Part shown: positions 48,632 to 58,400 of the stretch, in pieces
How the letters are laid out: the number at the start of each line of letters is the position of its first letter
How positions within the stretch are numbered: the stretch's first letter is position 1
Source of the DNA: Ostreococcus lucimarinus
Lineage: Eukaryota
Reading direction: 5' to 3' (one strand)
Assembly: GCA_000092065.1 (NCBI GenBank)
Contig: CP000586.1
Length of the DNA stretch: 64,000 bases
Made by a program: the position numbers and the translations under genes
Notes under the pieces: generated by a model
What the model was told of the DNA's origin: nothing
What the model saw: only the letters and a program-made list of their open reading frames with translations
Databases searched by the model: none

Positions 48632-49837
48632 CTACGTGAGTCGGTCGTCGTCGTCGTCGCGCGCGTCGTCGTCGACGGCGGCGCGGTCGGCGAAGTCGAA
48701 ACGCTCGACGAGAGACATTTTGCCGCCACCGCCGAGGTCAAAGATGAGGCGGGAGTACTCGCCGCGCTCGCTGATGATGATGCACGAATCGGGATCGGCG
48801 GCGGGGAAGGTGACGAGCGACCGCGCGGTGGACGGAAGCTTGAACTGCGCGAGCGACCACTCGCTGCTAAAGTATTTGGGGAGGAGTTTCTTGACGAAAC
48901 CGGCGGCGGGTGAAGAAGAGGAAGGCGTGCGGGCGCCGTTCGAGGACGGTGTCGGTATCGGTGACGCCGTCGGTGCGCTCGAAGACGCGCTGGGGGTTTC
49001 TGGAATCCTGAACACGTGCACCGTGCCCTTGTCGCTCGTGACACAGAGCAAATTCTTCTTCGGCGAAAACGCGAGCGAGTACACTCGAGCTCGATCCGAG
49101 CCGCGACGGAATTCGTGCACGAGCGACGCCGTGTGCGTATCGAAGATCCGAATGAGCGTTCCTTTCTCGCTCGCCGTGGCTAATAACGAACCATCCGCGC
49201 TCAATCCCAAGCACGCCAACGCCGTCTCGTGCGCGGCGATGAACTTCGTCGTCCCTAAATCAAACAATTCCACCCGTACCTGCCCTCTATTCAACCCCGG
49301 GCACGCCATCACCGTGCGTTCCGTTGTGGGCGATATCGCGCACAACCCGCGCTCGTTCGCCGCCGTATCAATCTGCTGTTCCATCTTTAAATCTGAAAAA
49401 TTGTACACAAAAATTTTATGCGCCAAAGCGACGACCACCTTATCCCGCCGCAAACGCACCCCGCGCACCGGCACCTTGAACCCAAGCTCGCCGATGCATC
49501 TTCCTTGATGATCGTCCCATATCATCACCTTATTCGGCGAGAACTTCGGTTCGTCGCCGCCTCCAACCAGCGCTAATATATTGCACCTAAAGAGCATCTC
49601 CACGATTCCCACGCCGCCGTCTCGAAACTTCCGTCCAAAGGTTTCGCGGTACGGCGACGTGTTGTACACTGAAAACCCACGCGCGCGTCCGTCGCGCCGC
49701 GCGACGGCGAAGCACGCGCCGTCTTGGTTGTACGATATCGACAGCGGTTCGCCCATGGCGAATGCGAATCTAAATCTAACGAAACAAACGACGCGTCGCG
49801 CGCGATCGTCGCGTCGGCGAAGCGGTCGACGCGTCAA
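48632..49837 (-). CDS. PROPPIN Atg18/WIPI1-2-like WD40 protein with FRRG motif
   Basis: SLLATASEKGTLIRIFDTHTASLVHEFRRGSDRARVYSLAFSP and LLCVTSDKGTVHVFRI match Atg18/WIPI blades 5–6, including the PtdIns3P-binding FRRG. N-terminus MGEPLSISYNQDGACFAVARRDG. Confidence 0.8.
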   Translation of the reverse strand: MTRRPLRRRDDRARRVVCFVRFRFAFAMGEPLSISYNQDGACFAVARRDGRARGFSVYNTSPYRETFGRKFRDGGVGIVEMLFRCNILALVGGGDEPKFSPNKVMIWDDHQGRCIGELGFKVPVRGVRLRRDKVVVALAHKIFVYNFSDLKMEQQIDTAANERGLCAISPTTERTVMACPGLNRGQVRVELFDLGTTKFIAAHETALACLGLSADGSLLATASEKGTLIRIFDTHTASLVHEFRRGSDRARVYSLAFSPKKNLLCVTSDKGTVHVFRIPETPSASSSAPTASPIPTPSSNGARTPSSSSPAAGFVKKLLPKYFSSEWSLAQFKLPSTARSLVTFPAADPDSCIIISERGEYSRLIFDLGGGGKMSLVERFDFADRAAVDDDARDDDDDRLT

Positions 49838-49952
49838 ACGGCGCGTGAAGGGGTGTTCTCGCTATGGATACGCTGCTAGGGCGGCTAAGACGCGCGAGGC
49901 GCGGGCGGGTGTGCGGGAGCTCGTCGCGGCGGTTGGCGATGGCTACGGTTGG

Positions 49953-50636
49953 CTACGCGCCGCGAGCGACGCACTTCCAAACCGCGAATTTCGCGTCGTC
50001 GGTGCCCTGGCGGGTGATTTTGAGCGTGTCTGCTGTGGTGCCAGCGGCGATGGCGCGCACCGGGACGTATCGCTGGGCGACGAAGTACGCGATGCCGTCG
50101 GGACGGCGGAGCCGCCGAGCCAAACCGGCGAGGAATTCTCGAATCGGCACAAAGTCCACGGCGAGGCCCAAGTGCACGGGAGGGTTGGATAAGATCAGGT
50201 CGAACGCGCGATCGCTTTTCTCTAGGGCGCGCCAGCCGTCGGAGAGAATGAACTCGACGTCGTCAGAGAGATTTCTTTTCGCCGCTTCGAGCGCGCACGC
50301 ATCCGCGTCGAGAAGCCAGAGCCTTGATTTCTTCGCCTTGGCGCGCACGGCGGCGGCGATTTGACCGGCACCGGAGCAGTAATCTAACACTTTCAGTTTG
50401 GATTTTCGCTCGATCGTCGGAAGCACGCTTCGAAGGAGTAGCGTAGTCATGACATCCAAGCCGCCGCCGGCGAACAATCCGGGGTAGGCGACCCACGGTA
50501 CTGAATGTTCGGTCGTCATGACGTCGCTCAAGTCGAGCGTTTTCTTTTCTCTCCACTTCTTCAACTCTTTACCTTTCTTGTCCGGTTGTGCGCTAGAGCG
50601 CACGCAGTGCACGACGCCGTATTTATCGTCGTGCAT
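49953..50636 (-). CDS. RsmC/RlmG-like SAM-dependent methyltransferase (MTS small domain, NPPxH motif)
   Basis: SAM-binding region VLDYCSGAGQIAAAV. LLDADACALEAAKRNL. Catalytic-type motif FDLILSNPPVHLG. These are consistent with rRNA guanine-N2 methyltransferases. Confidence 0.7.
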   Translation of the reverse strand: MHDDKYGVVHCVRSSAQPDKKGKELKKWREKKTLDLSDVMTTEHSVPWVAYPGLFAGGGLDVMTTLLLRSVLPTIERKSKLKVLDYCSGAGQIAAAVRAKAKKSRLWLLDADACALEAAKRNLSDDVEFILSDGWRALEKSDRAFDLILSNPPVHLGLAVDFVPIREFLAGLARRLRRPDGIAYFVAQRYVPVRAIAAGTTADTLKITRQGTDDAKFAVWKCVARGA

Positions 50637-50758
50637 GACTAATCTCGTTCGCTCGAATAATCCCTTCGGACAAAAAAAGCGGTGTCAGTCATCGGTATCC
50701 ATCCATCGTCTCGAGAAATGTAGCGAACGTTACGAACTCGAAAGTCGCTCGGTGACGT

Positions 50759-52837
50759 TCAGTCGAGGCTCATTATTATTCGCCAGACGGACGACGCGCG
50801 CTCGGGGTTGGATGGCCCCTTTAGCGAGCAGCAGCAGTCGCGACCCGTCAGTAATTTTGCATCGTCCGCTTGGGCTTCACACGCGCGCATTGACGGCGCG
50901 CGGCGAAGTATGCCGATGCTTGACAAAAGTCGAGTTCGATAATGACGTACCTTTGGTAAATCTGCAATGACACCGCGTATCCCTTCTGTGATGCCGCCAT
51001 AAATCCATATTCGCCCACCGAAACGCACGTTGGCGGCGACGGCGTGTAAAATCATCGCGAGCGATGCCTTGGTCGGCGGTGCTCGCACCATCGCCGCAGC
51101 GTAAAATTCATCAGGAGTCTCGGGCCAGCTCGTCCCTGTTCCGTGATCGCCACAGCTGAAACGCTGCCAGTTACTGACGCTCCATCCGACACGGCGCAGG
51201 CGCTTCGTGATCAAGCGGTGCTTGTCGTCGACGATGAGCACCCTCGCGCTCAACTCGTCGAACGGCGCCGTGATCTCCTGCGCCAACAGCGCGTCTGCGC
51301 TCCCCCGTTCGATGTGCATGCGATTCGCGTCAGTTTCTTCGCACACCGCGGTGCCTCGTACGCTGAGCTTTTCACGAATCGACTGCGCTTCGTCGTCGTC
51401 GAACACGTCGTCGATGACAAAGTCTAATCTCCCGACGGTTTGCCAATCGAAACCACCCATTCCACGTTCGATGGCGTTTATTATAGCCATCTTGAGCTGC
51501 GCCCCATCACTCATGCTAGTGCCCAATTTCAACGCGTGCGTTGCTTCGACGACAGCGGCGAGATCGGCACCCGTGAGCGTTGCTGCGTGCGTCTTCAAGC
51601 CCTTGGACGCGAATTTTGCGCAGTCGGCAAGCATTCTCGAGTCGACGACGACGGCACCGGCGGCATACATCACGTGCGCAAAACCTTGCGCGGAGAGACT
51701 CAAGTTTTTCGCGATCGGTATCAAGAGCGTGATGAGCTGTTTAGCATCACCCAACTCGACGTTTGGGTCGTTCGTCGCGAGTTTCCCCGCCGCCCAGGCG
51801 GCGTTGGCGACGGCTTGCGCATTCCAATCCTTTGGCTGCTTCTTTGCCATGTCCTTTGCGCGTTTCGCCAGTGGCTCCGCATACGTTGCGGCTTCTTTCC
51901 AACCATCACCGCCAAACGTCGCGATCGCCCACAGAGAAGAGGAAACCTCTTCCGTGCGAACTTCACCCGACGCCAACACGTGGACGAGCGCCGTCACGCA
52001 CTGCTCGTGCAACATTTTCCGCAGCTTCGCAGCGCCCCAAAGCGCGTTCGCCGCGTCTTGCGCGTTCGCCGTCGTCGCGCAAGTATTCAATCTATTTGCC
52101 GCTCCGCTCACCGCGCGGCGCAATAAAGCATCGTCGACGTGAGCGGCACATTTCGTCTTTAAAATCGTCGCGATTGACCAAATCGTCGTGCTCGCGGCGC
52201 GCGCGTCCATCGCGTCCTCGCCCATATCCACCATTCGCCTCGCCAGCGCGTTCATCGCACGGCCCAACGCCTTCACGACACCGTCGTACGCTTCAACACC
52301 GATTTGTCCCTCCGGCACCATCTTTGCCAGCTTCGCCACCGCCCACATTCCGGCGTTGCAGGACTTTCCATCGACGCGCTCCGCGTCGCTCGCCGTCTCC
52401 GTTGCCGCGCGCGAAACCTCACCCTCGTCCCCCAGCCCCTCATTTTTCGCCATCGAATGCAAGCGCCACAAGCTTACGCTCTTCACCGTCTTTCCTATCG
52501 CGCGATTCGCGCGCGCGTGCTTCGCGCGTCGTTCATCCTCCAGTCGTCGCGCTTCGCCCTCGCGGCGTCGCTTCTCGTCTCTCGCGCTCGCCGCTCTCGC
52601 GTCCGAGCCTCGCGCGTTCACCACCTCCTGGTCGCTCGCCCGCACCCCGATGGCGTCGAGCGCGTCGAGCGATCGCGCGATCGTCTCTTCCGCGCGCGCG
52701 CGACGCTCGGCGGCGGTTTTCGCGTCGACAGTTGATGTCCCGGCGGCGTCGAGTTCGACGAGCTTGGCGCTCGCCTGGCGCAGTTTCTTGATCAGCGCGC
52801 GCTTGTACGACGCATCGGGGGCTTTGTCGAGCGTCAT
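50759..52837 (-). CDS. Helical-repeat protein (OPR/FAST-like repeats with recurrent xxLW[AS][IA]AKL motif); putative organellar RNA-metabolism factor
   Basis: Recurrent degenerate repeats: GMWAVAKLAKM, STTIWSIATILK, ANALWGAAKLRK, SSSLWAIATFG, ANAAWAAGKLAT, each separated by about 35-40 aa of helical sequence. Coiled-coil/basic N-terminus. Functional assignment is weak. Confidence 0.5.
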   Translation of the reverse strand: MTLDKAPDASYKRALIKKLRQASAKLVELDAAGTSTVDAKTAAERRARAEETIARSLDALDAIGVRASDQEVVNARGSDARAASARDEKRRREGEARRLEDERRAKHARANRAIGKTVKSVSLWRLHSMAKNEGLGDEGEVSRAATETASDAERVDGKSCNAGMWAVAKLAKMVPEGQIGVEAYDGVVKALGRAMNALARRMVDMGEDAMDARAASTTIWSIATILKTKCAAHVDDALLRRAVSGAANRLNTCATTANAQDAANALWGAAKLRKMLHEQCVTALVHVLASGEVRTEEVSSSLWAIATFGGDGWKEAATYAEPLAKRAKDMAKKQPKDWNAQAVANAAWAAGKLATNDPNVELGDAKQLITLLIPIAKNLSLSAQGFAHVMYAAGAVVVDSRMLADCAKFASKGLKTHAATLTGADLAAVVEATHALKLGTSMSDGAQLKMAIINAIERGMGGFDWQTVGRLDFVIDDVFDDDEAQSIREKLSVRGTAVCEETDANRMHIERGSADALLAQEITAPFDELSARVLIVDDKHRLITKRLRRVGWSVSNWQRFSCGDHGTGTSWPETPDEFYAAAMVRAPPTKASLAMILHAVAANVRFGGRIWIYGGITEGIRGVIADLPKVRHYRTRLLSSIGILRRAPSMRACEAQADDAKLLTGRDCCCSLKGPSNPERASSVWRIIMSLD

Positions 52838-52939
52838 GTCGCGTCTTGGAGGCGAGAAGCGAGCGGGCGCGGGCGCGCGGGCATCGGGTCGGCGCGTTGT
52901 GCGGCGAGCGGCGAGCGGCGAGCGCTTCTATACTAAATT

Positions 52940-54526
52940 CTATTCCTGCGCCTCGCAACGCCGCGTCGCGGCGTCGGCGTCGCGCGCGTACACTAATAAT
53001 CGACGCTGCAGCTCGCGGTCGACCTCGACGTGGGCGTGATGGAAATCGGCCTCGAGGGTGAAATTCCAACTCGCGAGCCAGGCGCTCGCTCGAAGGGCGT
53101 CGGCGTCGAAGAGAACGAGTCGGCTCGGTGCCAACGCCGCGGCCACAGCGCAGGCGTGCGCGTCATTCGCGCTCGGCGTCGCGCCGTACTTTTGTTCGAG
53201 CCACGCATGTGGGTCGGCGGTGAACTTGGCGGAATCGTCCTCGCCCGGCGCGCGGTCGGGCGAGCAGTCGAGAAACGTCATGCGAATCTCGCGATGGATG
53301 TGCGAATAAAACGGCGTCTGGTGGCACGGCGTGGCGAAAAGTACGCCCCCGTGGGTTATTAAGCCACTTTTCGCCAAGCGCGCGATGTGTGGCATGACGG
53401 CGATCGTACCGGCTTGATGCCACACGGACAAGTACAGCGCCGCGGGGACGTTGGTGACGACCAACGCGGCGACGACGAAACGTCGACGCGACGGCGTCAT
53501 GGACGATAGCACCGAGGCCGCACTCACGAGCGAGACGCCGAGACACGGCAGTAAGAACCTGAATTCTTTGTGCGCGGCGAAAGAGTACCCCAAAATAGTC
53601 CAAAACGTCGCTATAAACGCCTCTGGCTTGGTCGCGCGATGGCGCCAAAATCCAATCGCCGCGAGCGGCAGCATCGTGCCCATCACCGCCGGATACCCTT
53701 GCGTGAGATACCAGTGCCAAGGATGTGAGCCATATATCGCGCTTCCACCTTCAAATACATTAAACCGCACGAAATTACACACCACACACGTCCACTCGCC
53801 GTAAAAATACCTATCGACGCACGCCGAGGCGCCGAGCGCAGCAAGCGCCGTCGGCGCCGCTTCGAGCGCCGCAAATCGCGCCTTCTCCCCGATCGTCGCC
53901 TTCGCCTTGATCAACGTCCGCACGCCGAGCGCGAGCCACAAAACGCCACTCGTCGGTCGCATCACGCACGCCAACGCCGCTAAAACCAACGCCTTGAACC
54001 GCCGTCGGCGTCCGCCCGCGCCTGTCCCGAGCGTCGTCCCGAGCGGCCAAAACGTCAACGCCCACGTCGTCGCGCAGGCCTCCACGCAATTCGAGAAGCT
54101 CCGCGTCTCGCAGTAAAACACGAACCAATTCAAAAATCTCAACACGATCACCGCCCTCGCGCACGCGTCGCCGTGCAATCGCAGCGCCAGGCGATAACAT
54201 CCGACGTCGTGCGTCCCGCTCAGCGCCGCGTGCGTCGCCCGCGGCGCGTGTCTCACGAACCAAGCCGACCGCGCGCCGACCGCGTCGCCCAGCTTATACA
54301 CCAGCGCATAGATTAAGGGATGCGCGTACCCTCGCAGCTTGGCGCGCCACTCCCACGTCGCGTGGCCGTAGCCGTAGACGATTTTGTGCGCGATTTCTGG
54401 CCCTTGCCAAAACTCGTCGGCGTTGAAAAACGTGCGCACGACGACGGCGTTGAAGGCGCGGAAGATCAGGCAACACGCGAGGACGGAGGTGAGTAAGTGT
54501 GAGGCGTGCCGGCGCGCCTCGCGCAT
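52940..54526 (-). CDS. GT22-family GPI mannosyltransferase (PIG-B/GPI-MT-III-like)
   Basis: N-terminal block LACCLIFRAFNAVVVRTFFNADEFWQGPEIAHKIVYGYGHATWEWRAKLRGYAHPLIYALVYKL matches the PIG-B/ALG9-family consensus (FFxPDEYWQSLEVAHxxVFGYGxLTWEW…R). Multiple TM helices follow. Confidence 0.8.
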   Translation of the reverse strand: MREARRHASHLLTSVLACCLIFRAFNAVVVRTFFNADEFWQGPEIAHKIVYGYGHATWEWRAKLRGYAHPLIYALVYKLGDAVGARSAWFVRHAPRATHAALSGTHDVGCYRLALRLHGDACARAVIVLRFLNWFVFYCETRSFSNCVEACATTWALTFWPLGTTLGTGAGGRRRRFKALVLAALACVMRPTSGVLWLALGVRTLIKAKATIGEKARFAALEAAPTALAALGASACVDRYFYGEWTCVVCNFVRFNVFEGGSAIYGSHPWHWYLTQGYPAVMGTMLPLAAIGFWRHRATKPEAFIATFWTILGYSFAAHKEFRFLLPCLGVSLVSAASVLSSMTPSRRRFVVAALVVTNVPAALYLSVWHQAGTIAVMPHIARLAKSGLITHGGVLFATPCHQTPFYSHIHREIRMTFLDCSPDRAPGEDDSAKFTADPHAWLEQKYGATPSANDAHACAVAAALAPSRLVLFDADALRASAWLASWNFTLEADFHHAHVEVDRELQRRLLVYARDADAATRRCEAQE

Positions 54527-54602
54527 GGCGACCGACCGCCCGACCGCGAGTGCGGTAGTGAGGCTAACTGTCTCTATTTCCAGCGGCGGTATTAAAATTC
54601 TA

Positions 54603-55463
54603 CTATTCGATGCGCGTCTTGCTCTCCACGCGCGAAAGCCGAGTCGGGCTCGCCGGCGTCACCACGACGCGCGGTGCGCGCGAAGGCGCGCTCTGTCGCG
54701 CGTTCGCTTCGATTTGCCTGCGATCGCTCGAGTTTAATAAATTCCGAAAGCTTTCGCGCACGGCGGGCTGCGACGCGAGAGCCAACGCGCACGCGACGAC
54801 CAAACTAAAAACAACTTGGAACAAGAATAACCGAAAATTTGCCCCGTCCAGCGCGCGCTTCACGGTCTCCAGCATATCTCTCAATTCTCCAGCGTCTTGA
54901 AGGTACGTGGCGTCGTCGCCGCGAGTCGCCTTGAGCGCCTTTTCGCACGCCGCGCTCGCGTCCAACGCCACCAACGTGGACGCGCGTTCATCCGCCAGCG
55001 CGCTCGCGCACGCCTTCAACGTTTTCGGCGTCGGCATCGCATCTTTACCCGACATTCTCGCCGTCTGTCGGACCCCAGCCTTCATCGCGCGCGCGTCGCT
55101 TCGGCTCGTCGCCAACGCGTCTTCGCACCGCGCGAACGACGTCCTCAACCGCGATATTTCGCGCCCACGCCCGCGCGCGACCACGCCTACGACGACGAGC
55201 GCGCACAGGGCCACCTTGAGCGCCGTCTTCGCGCGCGCGCGCGACGCGCGCGACGCGCGCACTTCAGTTTCTTTCACCTTGGAGTAGTCTTCAGCCGCGC
55301 GCGAAGCGAGCGCGCGCGCCTCGAGCACGGCGAGCTCGGCTTTGACGGCGCGGCGCTCGAGTTCGCTCTGCTCGGGCGTTCGCGGCGGCGTCGCGCGCGC
55401 GGGCGACGATGGCGGATCGGGCGTCGACATCGGCGTCGAGCAGTGAGGCGCGTAGTTTGTCAA
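54603..55463 (-). CDS. Hypothetical coiled-coil protein with C-terminal TM segment
   Basis: 286-aa ORF. Ala/Arg-rich helical segments (AVKAELAVLEARALASRAAEDYSKVKETE) with two hydrophobic stretches (ALCALVVVGVVA; LFLFQVVFSLVVACALALA). Moderate complexity. Could be spurious. Confidence 0.45.
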   Translation of the reverse strand: MTNYAPHCSTPMSTPDPPSSPARATPPRTPEQSELERRAVKAELAVLEARALASRAAEDYSKVKETEVRASRASRARAKTALKVALCALVVVGVVARGRGREISRLRTSFARCEDALATSRSDARAMKAGVRQTARMSGKDAMPTPKTLKACASALADERASTLVALDASAACEKALKATRGDDATYLQDAGELRDMLETVKRALDGANFRLFLFQVVFSLVVACALALASQPAVRESFRNLLNSSDRRQIEANARQSAPSRAPRVVVTPASPTRLSRVESKTRIE

Positions 55464-55496
55464 CTCAGTCGCGCGCGCCGTTCGAGGCCGAGAGAA

Positions 55497-58400
55497 CTAT
55501 TCTACACAATCGCTAGGTTTCAAATCGTTCGCGAACACGCGACGTAGCAGCCACAGCGCGGCTTTTTTGTTGATGTGCGCGTTGTGCGCGTCGCACGACA
55601 GGCGCTGGACGCATCGAGGACAGCCGTCGGCGCGGGCGCACGCGCAGTGCTCGACGAGAGCCACGGCGACGCGAGCGAGGTCGGAGAAGAGCGCGGACGC
55701 GCGCTTGGCGATGCCGACGCCGCCGAGGTGGCGGTCGTAGATCAAGAACCGAAACGGAGCGTATCGCGAGGTGTGTCGGTACAGGTCAGCGGAGAAGCAC
55801 TCGCAGCCGACGTCGGCGTCGCCGCATGGAACGCTTAGGGGAAGCGCGTTGAGCAAGGCGTGCGACGCGGCGTGCACGCCGGCGCGAAGGTCAATTCCGG
55901 CGTCGGATGCGTCGGTGACGACGTCGTCGGGAATACGAAGCCACGTGCCGACGGTTCGGAATTCGGTCGTTCTGGGAGGGAACGCCTCGTGATCAAACTT
56001 TGCTTGCGATCCGCGAGCGACTCGCGAGAAACCCGTGAAAGTCGTTCGGATGTCGACTTGATCGCATTTGATCGACAGCGCATCTTTCGTCTCTTCGTAC
56101 GCACGCATGCCACCGGGCACCGCACACGTCGTCTCATGTTTCACGCGAGTGAAATATTTCACATCCGCCATACGCACGAATGCTCGACGGCGCGGGATAT
56201 CGAGTTTGGTGCACAGCAAGGTGCGCCCTTGGTGCGTGTACACCGCCCCTTCGTACACTTCAAAGAATGCCTTGGACGCCTCGATACTCGCGATGACTTT
56301 TTCACGAGCTCCACCGATATCTATGACTTCGTAGCGTTCCTCTTCGATGGTGCGCACGCTCACGTCGAGCGCGGGCGTCTTGTCCGTCGCCGCGAGAAGC
56401 GGTTGCGCGATGGCGGCGTTTAGATCCCACGCGACTAAAGATCGCGCATCTCGCATGAGCTTGTTGCGTGCGAGCTTTCCAGCGATTTCCCGCGTCTTTG
56501 GGCCAAAGTATACCTCGTCGACGTCGGGATTCGCGAACAAAGGGCGCTCGTACGCCGCGCACGCCAGGTGTTGCTCTACGATGGTTGGATTCTCGGCCCA
56601 CACGTAACTCATCTCCAGCGGGGCATCAAAGAGCGCGCGCGGTTGTCGCATGAAATGCTGGTCTAAAGGGCCATCAAACGCGACGTAGACTGAAAGTGCG
56701 TGCCCTTCACGCCGACCAGCACGACCAGCTTGCTGCCAAAGTGATGCGACGGAGCCTGGAAACCCGAGGTGCAGCGTCACGTCAAGCGAACCGACGTCGA
56801 TGCCGAGTTCGAGCGCGTTCGTCGTGGCAACGCCGAGAAGGACACCCGAGAATAGCTCCTTTTCAATCGCTCGTCGCTCAATCGCTTCGTATCCACCTCT
56901 ATACGACGCGACTTTGTCGGCCAAATGTGGCGCCGAGGAGCGCAAAATCTCTCGCGTGTACACGAGCACGAGCTCACAGAGCTTCCGCGTCTTGCAAAAG
57001 GCGAGACAGCGTAGGTTGTGCTGCACGCACTCGGCAAGGAGCTGTGAAATTTCTACCACTGGAGACGTTCTTGCGCCATCCTTTGCATCGTTTTCGTCGT
57101 GCTTTTCATCTTCTACATTTTCATTAGCACCATGCTGCTCGCGGAGTCTTCTTGCGAGCGCCGCCTTGCCGCGCTCGATCACAGTCTCGCGTCTAAATTT
57201 GCGTTCGGTGTTCGTTTGCTTCGATTGCCCGGGTTTTAGCATCGGGTTCCACAGTAAAAATGTCTTCACGCCGCGAGGCGCGCCATCGTTTGTTACCGCC
57301 TCGATGACATCGCGCTCTGGGTGCACGCCGTCGTATCCAATCAAATCTCGCGCGTGCTCGAGCGGGTTGGCCACCGTCGCCGAACTGATTATGAACTGTG
57401 GCGACGATCCGTAGAGTTCCGAGCACAACCGTCGCAAACGTCTGATTATGAGCGCGACGTGCGAACCAAAGACACCCGAATATGCGTGTGCCTCGTCGAC
57501 GACGACATATCGTAACCCAGATAATACGCGCGCCCACGCCTTGTGTGACGGTAACATGCTTACGTGCAACATGTCTGGATTAGTGATGATTAAACGTGCG
57601 TTTTCGCGGACTTCCGTGCGTGCGTCCTCGCGAACGTCCCCGTCGTACATCCCGATCTCAAACACCGTCTCTTCGCTCCTCGGAATATTCGACAGTATGT
57701 TGCGTAGCGCTCGTAGCTGATCTTGCGCGAGAGCCTTGGTGGGAAACATGTACAAAGCCGTCGCCGTTGGGTCCGCGAGTAATGTTTCAATCGTTGGCAC
57801 GTTATAGCACACCGATTTACCAGAAGCCGTACCAGAGGCGACGATGACGTGTTTTCGCGGTTCGCGCTCGTCGAGCACGGTTTCAATCGCGCGCGCCTGG
57901 TGACTGAACAATTTTCTTTCGATATCAATACCCGCACTGGCGAAGGCCGCGAGCGTGACGTCGCTCAACTTTGACGCGAGAGGCGTACGCGCCGCCGGTT
58001 TCGCGGGAATGTTCTCCACGTGCACGATTTGCCCGCTCGACGCCAAGGTCGTTTTGAGATGATCCACGAATGTGTCCACATCCATGGGTTCTGTGCTACA
58101 ACACGGCCCATCGTCGGCGTTTTGCTTTTTCCTTTTCGCCCGTATACGCGGCGGCGCAGGCGGCCGGTCCATCGCCTCGGGGGGCACGGCGAGGCCGCCG
58201 CGCGGCGCGTTTCTCGTCGCCGCCGACTCCGCCGCGCGAATTTCCAGTACGGCATCCAAAATCTCTCGCAAATTCGTGTCTTCTTTCACGTCAAACGGCA
58301 CGTGTTCTATGACTTCGCGCAAGCCGCGATCAAAAGCGGTCGCAAACGTCGCCAACGCGCGATTGAAATTCGCCCCAAAACGATTCGTCATCTCGCCCAA

